Source: Heterodontus francisci
Taxonomy: Eukaryota
Assembly: GCF_036365525.1 (NCBI RefSeq)
Contig: NW_027140807.1
Location: 1,116,001 to 1,180,000 of the forward strand
Length of the DNA stretch: 64,000 nucleotides
Reading direction: 5' to 3'
Each line of letters starts with the position of its first letter. Within the stretch, counting starts at the first letter, position 1. The translations under genes and the position numbers were made by a program. The notes beneath the pieces are model-generated. The model had not been told where the DNA came from, ran no database searches, and saw only the letters and a program-made list of their open reading frames with translations. This document shows positions 1 to 12,900 of the stretch, piece by piece.

Positions 1-660
1 TCGCACTGATGTGCTGGGCTCCCTGATCATTGAGGATGGGGATGTTTGTGGGGCCACCTCCTCCAGTTAGTTGTTTAATTGTCTACTGCCATTCACGACT
101 GGATGTCGCAGGACTGCAGAGCTTAGATCTGATCCGTTGGTTATCGGATCGCTTAGTTCTGTCGATCACATGCTGCTTCTGCTGTTTGGCATGCAGATAG
201 TCCTGGGTTGTAGCTTCACCAGGCTGACACCTCATTTTGAGGTATGCCTTGTGCTGCACTTTGCATGCACTCTTCATTGAACCACGTTTGGTCTCCTGGC
301 TTGATGGTCATGATAGAGTGGGGGGATATACCGGACCATGAGGTTACAGATTGTGGTTGAGTACATTTCTGCTGCTGCTGTTGTTCCCACAGCACCTCAT
401 GGATGCCCATTGTTGCATTGCTAGACTTGTTTGAATCTATCCCATTCAGCACGGTGATAGTGCCACACAACACGATGGACGGTATCCTCAATGTGAAGGC
501 GGGACTTCGTCTCCACAAGGACTGTGCGGTGGTCACTCCCACCAATACTGTCATCAGCAGATGGTTATGTGGCAGGCAGATTGGTGAGGATGACGTCAAG
601 TATATTTTCTCCCCTTGTTGGTTCTGTCATCACCTGCCGCAGTCCCAGACTAGCAGCTCG
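1..660 (-). mobile_element. Non-LTR retrotransposon (CR1/L2 group) fragment, endonuclease C-terminus and linker
   Basis: Minus strand reads ...GLRQVMTEPTRGENILDVILTNLP and TIKPGDQTWFNEEC, matching the PTRGxNxLDL motif of LINE apurinic endonucleases; frameshifted. Confidence 0.75.
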
Positions 661-669
661 GTCAGGAGT

Positions 670-3215
670 GGGCTGCAGCGACTGAGGGCAGTGGGATGTA
701 GTGACTGAGGGGAATGAGATGTAGTGACTGAGGAGAGTGGGATGCAGTGAATGTGGGGAGTGGGATGTAGCGACTGAGGGGAGGGGGATACAGTGACTGA
801 GGGGAGTGGGATACAGTGACTGAGGGTAGTGGGATGTAGTGACTGAGGGGAGTGGGGTATAGTGACTGAGGGGAGTGGGATGTAGTGACTGAAGGGAGTG
901 GGATACAGTGACTGAGGGGAGTGGGATGTAGTGACTGAAGGGAGTGGGATGCTGTAATTGAGGGAAGTGGGATGCAGTGACTGATGAGTAGGATGTGGTA
1001 ACTGAGGGGAGTGGGGTACAGTGACTGAGGGGAGTGGGATGACGAGACTGAGGGGAGTAGGATGTAGTGACTGATGGGAGTGGGATACAGTGACTGAGGG
1101 TAGTGGGGTACAGTGACTGAGGGGAGTGGGATGACGAGACTGAGGGGAGTAGGATGTAGTGACTGATGGGAGTGGGATACAGTGACTGAGGGTAGTGGGA
1201 TGTAGTGACTGAGGGGAGTGGGGTACAGTGACTGAGGGGAGTGGGATGTAGTGACTGAAGGGAGTGGGATACAGTGACTGAGGGTAGTGGGATGTAGTGA
1301 CTGAAGGGAGTGGGGTACAGTGACTGAGGGGAGTGGGATGTAGTGACTGAAGGGAGTGGGATACAGTGACTGAGGGTAGTGGGATGTAGTGACTGAGGGG
1401 AGTGGGGTACAGTGACTGAGGGGAGTGGGATGTAGTGACTGAAGGGAGTGGGATACAGTGACTGAGGGTAGTGGGATGTAGTGACTGAAGGGAGTGGGAT
1501 ACAGTGACTGAGGGTAGTGGGATGTAGTGACTGAAGGGAGTGGGGTACAGTGACTGAGGGTAGTGGGATGTAGTGACTGAGGGGAGTGGGGTACAGTGAC
1601 TGAGGGGAGTGGGATGTAGTGACTGAAGGGAGTGGGATACAGTGACTGAGGGGAGTGGGATGTAGTGACTGAAGGGAGTGGGATACAGTGACTGAGGGGA
1701 GTGGGATGTAGTGACTGAAGGGAGTGGGATGCTGTAATTGAGGGAAGTGGGATGCAGTGACTGATGAGTAGGATGTGGTAACTGAGGGGAGTGGGGTACA
1801 GTGACTGAGGGGAGTGGGATGACGAGACTGAGGGGAGTAGGATGTAGTGACTGAGGGGAGTGGGATGTAGTGACTGAGGGTAGTGGGGTACAGTGACTGA
1901 GGGGAGTGGGATGTAGTGACTGAAGGGAGTGGGATGCTGTAATTGAGGGAAGTGGGATGCAGTGACTGATGAGTAGGATGTGGTAACTGAGGGGAGTGGG
2001 GTACAGTGACTGAGGGGAGTGGGATGACGAGACTGAGGGGAGTAGGATGTAGTGACTGATGGGAGTGGGATACAGTGACTGAGGGAAGTGGGATGCAGTG
2101 ACTGATGAGTAGGATGTGGTAACTGAGGGGTGTAGGATGTAGAGATGCGGGGAGTGAGGTGCAGTGAATGAAGGGCATGTTATAGAGTGATTCGGTGGAC
2201 TGGGTGTGGTGACATAGAGAAGTGGGATGCAGTGATTGAGGGTAGTAGGAGCAGTGACTGAGGGGAGTGGGATACAGTGACTGAGGGTAGTGGGATGCAG
2301 TGACTGAGGGGAGTGGGATACAGTGACTGAGGGGAGTGTGATACAGTGACTGAGGGGAGTGTGATACAGTGACTATGGGGAATGGGATACAGTGACTGGG
2401 GGGAGTGGGATACAGTGACTGAGGGGAGTGTGATACAGTGACTGAGGGGAGTGGGAAGCAGTGACTGAGGGGAGTGGCATCCAATGACTGAGTGGGAGTG
2501 GCATCCAGTGACTGAGTGGAGTGGGATCCAGTGACTGAGGGGAATGTGATGCAGTGACTGAGGGGAGTGGGATGCAGTGACTGAGGGGAGGGGGATGCAG
2601 TGACTGAGGGGAGTGGGATACAGTGACTGAGGGGCGTGTGATACAGTGACTGTGGGGAATGGGATACAGTGACTGAGGGGTGTGTGATACTGTGGCTGAG
2701 GGGAGTGTGATACAGTGACTGAGGGGAGTGGGATGCAGTGACTGAGGGGAGGGGGATGCAGTGACTGAGGGGAGTGGGATACAGTGACTGAGGGGCGTGT
2801 GATACAGTGACTGTGGGGAATGGGATACAGTGACTGAGGGGAGTGTGATACAGTGACTGAGGGGTGTGTGATACTGTGGCTGAGGGGAGTGGGATGCAGT
2901 GACTGAGGGGAGTAGGATACAGTGACTGAGGGGAGTGTGATACAGTGACTGAGGGGCGTGGGATACAGAGACTGAAGGAAGTGGGATGCAGTGACTGAGG
3001 GGAATGGGATACAGTGACTGAGGGGTGTGTGATACAGTGACTGTGGGGAATGGGATACAGTGACTGAGGGGTGTGTGATACAGTGGCTGAGGGGAGTGTG
3101 ATACTGTGGCTGAGGGGAGTGTGATACAGTGACAGAGGGGAGTGGGATACAGTGACAGAGGGGACTGGGATACAGTGACTGAGGGGAATGGGATACAGTG
3201 ACTGAGGGGTGTGTG
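670..3215 (+). repeat. 23-bp G-rich minisatellite array (consensus CAGTGACTGAGGGGAGTG[G/T]GATA)
   Basis: Directly visible tandem unit; produces the H/S/P/L-rich ORFs 565..2484, 2180..3226 and 2373..3302. Confidence 0.97.
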
Positions 3216-3324
3216 ATCCCTTCCATTTATCTTCACATCCTCCTCGCTTTCACTTGTCACTTGAACTTTTCCCAGTTCTGATGTAAGGTCACATATTAAC
3301 ATTAAACATCTTTCTGTTACTCAG

Positions 3325-3954
3325 CCACAGACTCTGCACTCACTGACCCGTGTGTAAATCACACAGTCCTGGACCAGCCCTGGAGGAGCAGCGATTGTGA
3401 TGACACTCGGTGCTCCAGCCAGGTGAAGTGTGATGATGGTCTTCACTTCGGATGGTACCGATTTAAAAGGTAATGTAAAGGAACAATTTCAGGGTAATCT
3501 CGTCAATATGGGCAGAATAAGGGATTTCCCCTACCTTCTGGTACTATCTGATGGTACCAGTCTCTCTAACAGTTAATATTTACCATCAGTTCAGGGACTG
3601 ACTCTGTGATTGTTATTTCAGTTCTGGTGGATGGAAGATTCCGGAGACTGCTGTCCCACATCATCACTGCTCCACACATGTTACAAGCTGGTTACAGGGT
3701 ACTGTCAGCCTTTATAATATCAGATTTACATTCACTGTCCAGCACTGTTCACATGGGTTACATTCTTCAATATTTCTAAATTCTCATTTCAGGTTCCCAT
3801 CCCAGCGTGGGAGAGGGGGAAGTAACACGGACAGTTTGTTTACACTGGGGTACAAATCACTGCTACAAGGTCCATGAGATAAAGATCAAAAACTGCAGCA
3901 GTTACTTCGTTTATGAGTTGAAGTCGTTGTTTCGTTGTGCTGCGTATTGTACAG
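3325..3954 (+). CDS. Copy A D8C domain (UMOD/GP2/OIT3-like), three exons
   Basis: Joined: TTDSALTDPCVNHTVLDQPWRSSDCDDTRCSSQVKCDDGLHFGWYRFKSSGGWKIPETAVPHHHCSTHVTSWLQGSHPSVGEGEVTRTVCLHWGTNHCYKVHEIKIKNCSSYFVYELKSLFRCAAYCT. Has the family motifs DPC..LDxPWRS, CD..GWYRF, WLxGxHP, VTRTVC.HW, NC..YFVY, AYCT. Confidence 0.92.
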
Positions 3955-6900
3955 GTACATTGATGTTTCTATATCATTCAGAGGCTGATTCTGGGATATC
4001 CTTTGTCACTCACCGAAATGAGACAGTTTACTCGCTCCCCTCCTTATTGAAAGGGACACAGTGAATAAAGTGTCTGAAACACAAAGTGTACTTCACTGAA
4101 ACTCTAGGGAACTGAACTCTGCTGTCCCTGTCTATCAGGCACTCTGATCCCTGCAGTGTTCATGGCTCACGTCAGGTCCCCACTGCAGTGCTGGATACCT
4201 CACACTCCCTCTCCAGGAAACAATGTTCACGAGGAGTCAGATTGGATAGTCGAGGGTTTGATAAAGATGAAAATCTGACACTGTCTGGACTCGAGTACTA
4301 AATACATGAGCTCTTCGGGTTTCCTCCTCTCCGCCCTCTTCCTTTATTACAGATCCAGAGACTGCCACAACTGAGGAACCCGAGGAACAATCAACTCGAG
4401 AATCCACGAGGGGATCATCGTCTACCCCAGCGGTGTCTGGAACATCAGGTACCCCCCTTGTGGGCCCATTCGAAACAGATTCCACACCCAATGTTACATC
4501 ATAGAAGATCAGTCCTGGAGATCATCCAGTCTCTTACTGAGGGAAGTGGGATGGAGTGACTGAGGGGAGTGGAATGTAGTGACTGAGGGGAGTGGATGGG
4601 GCGACTGAGGGGAGTGGAATGGGGTGACTGAGGGGAGTGGGATGGGGTGACTGAGGGGGAGTGGGATGTAGTGATTGAGGGGAGTGGGATGTAGTGACTG
4701 AGGGGAGTGGGATGTAGAGACTGCGGGGAGTGGCATGCAGTGATTAAGGGGAGTGGGATGATGTAATTGAGGGGATTGGGATGTAGTGAAGGAGGGGAGT
4801 GGGATGAAGTAATTGAGGGGAGTGGGATGCAGTGACAGAGGGGAGTGGGATGCAGTGACGGAGGGGAGTGGGATGATGTAATTGAGGGGAGTGGGATTTA
4901 GTGACTAAGGGGATTGAGAAGATGTGATTGCGGGGAGTGGGATGCAATGACTGAGGGCAGTGACATTTTATGACTGGGGAAAATGTTATGCAGTTCCTGT
5001 GCCAACTGGGATGCGGTGAGTGTGGACAGTGGATTGTCTCACAATGGTTTTCATATAGACTAGCATCTGTGATTTACTGTACTCTAATCTATCCAGTTCG
5101 AGCTTCCTCTCACTCCTGCTCTCCCCCATGTTTCTTTCCCTTTATTACACATCCAGAGACTTCAACAACCTCAAGAACCAAGGAGCAAACAACTCCACAC
5201 TCCATTGAGAAATCACCATCTAACCCAATCGATACTTTCACCTCAGGTGTCAGTTTAGTGTTGATCAAGCAGGACGGGTAGATTCTTACACTGACTGCCT
5301 GATTTGGGTGAATGGAATCTACCGCACAGTAAGAGGCCACTCGGCCCCTCTTGCTACTCCTCTTTATCCAACCTTATCCCTCTTTTCCTTTCTCCTTCAG
5401 GTGTTTAACCAGATTTACCTCAAATTTCATTGCCCTGGACAATTCAGGATTAATTCTACATTCTCACTACACCTTGGTGTACTTGTCCATAGTTCACTGA
5501 AGGCAGCAGCACAGGTAGATCATGTGGTTTGGAAGGTATATGGGATACTTGCCTGTCTTAGCCGAGGCACAGAATATAAGAGCAGGGCGGTTATGATGGA
5601 GCTGTACAAAACACTAGTTAGGCCACAGCTGGAGTACTGAGAACAGTTCTGGGCACCACACTATAGGAAGGATGTGATTGCACTGGAGAGGGTGCAGAGG
5701 AGATTCACCAGGAGGTTGCCTGGGCTGGAGCATTTCAGCTGTTAAGAGAGGCTGGCTAGGCTATGGTTGTTTTCCTTAGAGCAGAGAAGGCTGAGGGGGG
5801 ACCTGATTGAGGTATACAAAATTATAAAGGGCATTGATCGGTTAGATTGGAAGAAACTATTTCCCTTAGCGGAGGGGTCAGTAACCAGGGGGAATAGACT
5901 TAAGATAAAAGGCAAGAGGTTTATAGGCGATTTGAGGAAACAGATTTTCACCCTGAGGGTGGTTGGAATCTGGAACACACTGTCTGAAGAGGTGGTAGAG
6001 GCAGGAACCCTCACAACATTTAATAAGTATGTAGATAAGCACTTGAAACGCCGCAGCATACATGATTACGGGCCAAGTGCTGGAAAATGGGATTAGAATA
6101 GCTACGTGCTTGATGATCGGCATGGACACGATGGGCCGAAGGACCTGTTTCCATGCTGTATAATTGTATGAGTCTAGGGCTGTGACGCACTTTTCAGTAA
6201 AGAGGCTTCCTCTGAAATCACCACTGGATTTACTTGTGACTGTTTTATTTTCTATCCCTCTCTCTCCACCCTCCTCTCCCACTGCCTCTTTCTGCACTTC
6301 CTGTCAGTATCTCTTTTGCTCTCTGTGTATCTTTCTCTTTATATCTCTATATTTGCTCTCTCTCTCTGTCTGCCATTTTCACTTAGTCTCTGTCTATCTC
6401 TATCTGACAATTTCGTTTTCCCTCTGTCTCTCTCTTTATCTCTGTAACTCACTGCTCTCCCCATTTCGCTTCTTCTCTCGCTGTCTGTATCTGTTGCTCT
6501 CACTCTCGGACTCTTTCTTGATCTCTCACATTTTCTATCGCTCTCTTTCTTCTCATTTTTCTCTCCCTCTGTTGCCCTCTTTCACTCTGTCTCCCACTCT
6601 CACTGTCTCTAACTCTCACACGTTATCTCTCACTCACAGTGACTGAGGGCAGTGGGATGCATTGACTGAGGGGAGTGGGATGCATTGACTGAGGGGAGTG
6701 GGATGTAGTGACTAAGGGGAGTGCAATGTAATGGCAGAGGATGGTGGGGTGTAATGACTGAGAAGAGTGGGATAGACTGATGGAGGTGAATGGAATGCAA
6801 TGACTGAGGGGACTGGGATGGAGTGGCTGAGCGGAGTTGTGTGAAAGGTTTGAGGGGAGTGAGTTGTAGTGAATGAGGGGAGTGGAATACTGTGACTGAT

Positions 6901-9900
6901 ATTAGATCCAGAGAGTGAGGGAGAGTGGGAGGCAGTGACGGAGGGGCTTGGGATGCCGTGACTGAGGGCAGTGCGATGGCCTGACTGAGGGAGTGGGATG
7001 TTGTGACTGAGGGAAGTGGGAGTGCGAGTTAGAGCCTGAGAGTAGTGGGATGTAGTGACAGAGGGAGGTGGGATGCAGTGACTGAGGGGAGTGGGATAGA
7101 CTAACGGAGCTGAGTGGGATGGATGTAGTGACCTATGGGAGTGGGATGCGGTGACTGAGGGGAGTGGAATGTAGAGACCGAGGGTTGTGGGTTACACAGG
7201 CTGAGGGGAGTGTAACACAGTGACTGAGGGGAGAGTGATACAGTGACTGAGGGGAGTGGGATACAGTGACTGAGGGGAGTGGGATACAGCGAAAGAGGGG
7301 AGTGGGATACAGCGACTGAGGGGAGTGGGATACAGCGACGGAGGGGCATGGGACACAGCGACTGAGGGGAGTGTGATACAGTGACTGAGTGGAGTGGGAT
7401 ACAGTAATGTCGTGATCAGGATGGAAGATGATGGATTTATAAAGATTGATATCTCACTTTCTCCTGACACTAGTACCATCCTGTTGAAATGTTGTGTTTT
7501 TCTCCATCTCTCACTCTGCAATGTTTCCCTCCCTTTATTACAGAGCCCATGACTTCCCAAACTCAGGAATCCGAGGAACAATCGACTGGAGAATCCACTG
7601 AGGTTTCATCCTCTATCCCAGTGGGCTCTGGAACCCCAGGTATCTGCCGTGCCGGATTATAATTACAGAAAGATGGAATCAGAGACTGGTTACAGCACAG
7701 AAAGAGGCCATTCAGCCCATCGTCACCGTGCCAGCTCTCTGCCAGAGCAATCCACCTACTCGCACTCCTGCCATTTCCCCATCACCCAGCAGATTGTTTC
7801 TCCTATGATAATTTTCCAATTCCCTTTTGAAAGCCTCAATTGAACCTGCCTCCAGCGCACTCACAGGCAGTGCATTCCAGACCCTAACCACTCGCTGTGT
7901 GAAAAGGTTTTCCTGTCTCTGTTGCGACTTTTACCACTCACCTAAAACCGGTGTCCTCTGGTTCTGGATTCTACCACCAATGGGAACAGTTTCTCCCTGT
8001 CAGCTCTGTCCACATCCCTCGCGATTTTGAACACCTCGATCAAATCTTCTCTTAATCTTCTCTTCTCCAGGGAGAACAGCCCCATCTTCTCCAATCTATC
8101 CAAGTAACTGACGTCCCTCATCCTGGGAACCATTCTCGTAAATCATCTCCGCACCCTCTCGAATACCTTAACGTCCTTCCTAAGTATTCACCGCTCTCTG
8201 TCTTGCCACCTTCAATGATTTGTGCACACGTACGCCCAGGTCCCTCTGCCCCTGCACCCCCTTTACAATTGTATCCTTTATTTTATATTGCCTCTCCTCG
8301 TTCGTCCGACCAAAATGAATCACTTCACAATTCTCTGCATTAAATTTCATCTGTCACTTGCCTGCCCATTCCACAGGTCTGTCTATGTCCACTTGAAGTC
8401 CATCACTATCCTTCTCACTGTTCACAATACTTCCAGGTCTTGTGCCCTCCACAACTTTTGAAATTCTGCCCTGTACACACAAATGCAACACATTAATATA
8501 CATCAAGAAAAACAGGGTTCGATCAATATTAAAGAGTAAAACACAGATGCACAGAGAATTAGGAGGGACAGATAACACTGGAGTAGAAAAGAGTAACGTA
8601 TTGGACGGGGACAGTGCAAGAGGGATGGTGATGAGCTGAAAATTCAGTTTAATGTGTGTATATGGATGCACGGAGAGTGGTAAATAAGGTTGTTGAGCTG
8701 CAGGCGCAGATAGCCACGTGGAAATATGCTGTTGTGGCAATAACCGAGTCCTGGTTCCAAGAGAGGCAGGACTGGGTAGTGAATATTCCTGACAAGGTGT
8801 TCAGGAAAGAGAGGGAAGGAAGGAAAGGAGGAGGGGCATCAGTATTGTTTAAGGGGAGAATTACAGTGCTGGAAGAAGATGATGTCGGAGAGGAACCAAG
8901 GATAGAATCCATCAGATTAAAGTGAAACAACGAAAGAAATACCATGACCTTTCTGGGTGTATTTTATAGGCCAACAACTAGTGGGAAAGATATAGATGAA
9001 CAGATTTGCATAGAGCAACCAAGAGATGCAAGAGTTAAAGTGTAGATATATCATTGGGCTATAATTATCTGAATATACTCTGGAATAGTAATAGTGTAAA
9101 CGGCAGAGAGGCACAAGAGTTTCTCGAGTGTGTTCAGGAGAATTTCCTACGTCAGTTTGTTTCAAGTCCAACGAGGAAGGAGGCATTGCTGGATCTGGTT
9201 CTGGGAAATGAGGTTGGACAAGTGAATTAAGGGTCAGCCGGGGAACATTTGGGGACAGTGACCAGCGTATCATGTGGTTTAGGTTGGTAATGGAAAAGGA
9301 CAAGGAGAAATGCGGAGGAAAGATAATTCAGTGAGGGAGAACCAATCTCAATAGAGTGAGAACAGATCTGACCCAAATAATCTGGAATCATATTACAGAT
9401 TCCCACACTGTGACGCCTGAAGTGCTCATTCCAAGAGACGCATCCAGTCTCTTAATGATGGAGTGTGGGGCAATGATAGAGGGCAGTTGGAAAACAGTGA
9501 CAGAGGGGAGTGGGATGAAGTGACTGAAGGGAGTGTGATACAGTGACTGAGGGGATGGGACACAGTTACTGAGGGGAGTGTGATACAGCGACTGAGGAGA
9601 GTGTGATACAGCGACTGAGGGGAGAGTGAATCAGTGACTGAGGGGAGTGTGAAACAGTGACTGAGGGGAGTGTGATACATTGACTGAGGGGAGAGCGATA
9701 CAGTGACTGAGGGGAGTGGGATCGGGCGACTGAGATGAGTGTGATACACTGACTGAGATGAGTGTGATGCAGTGACTGAGGGGAGTGTGATAGAGACAGA
9801 GGGGAGTGTGACGCCGTGACTGAGGGGAGTTTGACACAATAATGTAGTGAACAGATGGAAGACTATGGTTTTATAAAGATTGATATCTGACATTCTCCTG

Positions 9901-12900
9901 ACACTAGTACCATCCTGTTGACCTATTGTGTTATCCTCCATGTCTCACTCTGCAATGTCTCCCTCCCTTTATTACAGAACCCGTGACTTACCAAACTCAG
10001 GAATCTGAGGAACAATCGACTGCAGAATCCACTGAGGGGCCCTCCTCTATCCCAGCGGGCTCTGGAAGCTCAGGTATCTGCCTTGTGGGGTTATCATCGC
10101 AGAATCATGGAATCATAAACCGGTTACAGCACAGAAAGAGGCCGTTCAGACAATCGTCACCGTGCCAGCTCTCTGCCTGAGCAACTCAACTGCTCCCACT
10201 CCTGCAATTTCCCCATCTCCCTGCAGATTGTTTCTCCTGTGATAATTATCCAATTCCCTTTTGAAAGCCTCAATTGAACCTGCCTCCAGCACAGTCTCAG
10301 GCAGTGCATTCCAGATCCTAACCACTCGCTGTGTGAAAAGGTTTTCCTGTCTCTGTTGCTACTTTTACCACTCACTTAAAGCCGGTGCCCTCTGGTTCTG
10401 GATCCTCCCACCAATGGGAGCAATTTCTCCCTGTCTACTCTGTCCACATCCCTCGTGATTTTGAACATCTCGATTAAATCTCTTCTTAATCTTCTCTTCT
10501 CCAGGGACAAGAGCCCCAGCTTCTCCAATGTATCCATGTAACTGACGTCCCTCATCCCAGGAACCATTCTCGTAAATCATTTCCGCACCCTCTCGAATAC
10601 CTTCACATCCTTCCGAACGTATTAACCGCTCTCTGGACCTGTCTTGCCACCTTCAATGATTTGTGCACACGTACGCCCAGGTCCCTCTGCCCCTGCACCC
10701 CCTTTGCAATTGTATCCTTTATTTTATATTGCCTCTCCTCGTTCGTCCGACCAAAATGAATCACTTCACAATTCTCTGCGTTAAGTTTCATCTGCCACTG
10801 TCTGCCAATCCCACCAGCCTGTCTATAACCTCCTGACGTCTATCACTATCCTCCTCACAGTTTACAATACTTCCAGGTTTTGTGTCATCTGCAAATTTTG
10901 AAATTGTGGCATGTACGCCCCAGTCTATGTCATTAATATACACCAGGGAAAACAGGGGTCCGAGCAATATTACAGATCAAAACACAGATGCACAGAGAAT
11001 TAGGAGGGACAGATAACACTGGAGTAGAAAAGAGTAACGTATTAGACAGGGACAGTGTAAGAGGGAAGGTGATGAGCTGTAAATTCAGTTCAATGTGTGT
11101 ATTTATGAGAATGCAATGAGAGTGGTAAAAAAGGTTGTTGAGCTGCAGGCGCAGATAGCCATGTGGAAATATGATGTTGTGTCAATAACAGAGTCCTGGC
11201 TCTAAGAGGGGCAGGACCTGGTAGTGAATATTCCTGACTACAATGTGCTCAGGAAAGGGAGGGATGGAAGGAAAGGAGGAGGGGTATCAGTATTGATAAA
11301 GAGGAACATTACAGTGCTGGAAAGAGATGATGTCGGAGAGGAACCAAGGATAGAATCCATCAGATTAGAATGAAACAAGGAAAGAAATACCATTACCTTT
11401 CTGGGTGTATTCTATAGGCCAACAAGTAGTGGGAAAGATATAGAGGAACAGATTTGCATGGAGCAACCAAGAAGTGCAAGAGTTAAAGTGTAGATATATC
11501 GTTGGGCTTTAGTTATCTGAATATAGACTGGGATAGTAATAGTGTAAAGGGCAGAGAGGGACAAGAATTTCTAGAGTGTGTCCAGAAGGATTCCCTCCGT
11601 CAGTTTGTTTCCAGTCCAACGAGGAAGGAGGCATTGCTGGATCTGGTTCTGGGAAATGTGGTTGGATAAGTGAATTATGGGTCAGTCGGGGAACATTTAG
11701 GGGACAGTGACCATCATATCATGTGGTTTAGGTTGGCAATGGAAAAGGACAATGAGAAATCCGGAGGAAAGATAATTCATTGAGGGAGAACCAATCTCAG
11801 TAGAGTGAGAACAGATCTGACCCAAATAAACTGGAATCATATTATAGACACACATAGTGTGATACCTGACGTGCTCAGTCTCAGTGACCCATCCAGTCTC
11901 TTACTGATGGAGTGTGGGGAAATGACAGGGCAGTGGGATATAATGACCGAGGGGAGTGGGATGTACTGTCTGAGGGGTGAGGGATGTAATGACTGAGGGG
12001 AGAGGGATATAGTGACTGTGGGCAGTGGGATATAGTGAGTGAGGGGAGAGGGATGCAGTGACTGAGGGGAATGGGACATCGTGACTGAGGGGAGTTGGAT
12101 ATAGTGACTGTGGGCAGTGGGACATAGTGATTGAGGGTACTGTGATAAAGTGACTGAGGGGAGTATGATACAGTCACTGAGGGGAGTGGGATGCTGCGAC
12201 TGAGGGCTGTTTTATAGTGTGACTGTGGGGAGTGGGATACAGTGACTGAGAGGAGTGTGATACAGTGACTGAGAGAGTGTGATGCAGTGACTGAGGGGCG
12301 TGTGATGCAGTGACTGAGGGGAGTGTAATACAGCGACTGAGGAGAGTCTGATACAGCGACTGAGGGGAGTGAGATACAGCGACTGGCGTGTGTGTGATAC
12401 AGTGACTGAGGTGAGTGTGATACAGTGAGTGAGGGGAGTGTGATATAGGGACTGAGGTGATTGTGATTGAGTGACTGAGGGGAATGTGATACAGTGACTG
12501 AGGGGAGTGTGATATAGTGACTGGGGTGAGTGTGATGCAGTGACTGAGGGGAGCGTGACGCCGTGACTGAGGGGAGTGTGACACAGTAATGTATTGAACA
12601 GGATGGAAGATTATGGTTTTATAAAGATTGTTATCTGTCATTCTCCTCACACGAGCACCATCCTGTTGACCTGATGTGTGTTTCTCCATGTCTCACTTGG
12701 CAATGTCTCCCTCCCATTATGACAGAACCCGTGACTTCCCAAACTTAGGAATCCGAGGAACAATCGACTAGAGAATCTACTGAGGTTTCATCCTCCACCC
12801 CAGCGGGCTCTGGAAGCTCAGGTACCTGCCTTGTGCGGTTATCATCGCAGAATCATGGAATCAGAGACTGGTTACAGCACAGAAAGAGCCCGTTGAGCCC

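Noticed and set aside
565-3302. Long His/Pro/Ser-rich minus-strand ORFs (639, 348, 309 aa; also 13120..14514, 18372..19942 and similar)
   Set aside because: Translations of the 23-bp minisatellite, open in several frames because that strand rarely forms stops; antisense to the real gene.
4138-4300. Second D8C start (HSDPCSVHG...)
   Set aside because: No further D8C motifs; copy B has an earlier in-frame stop.
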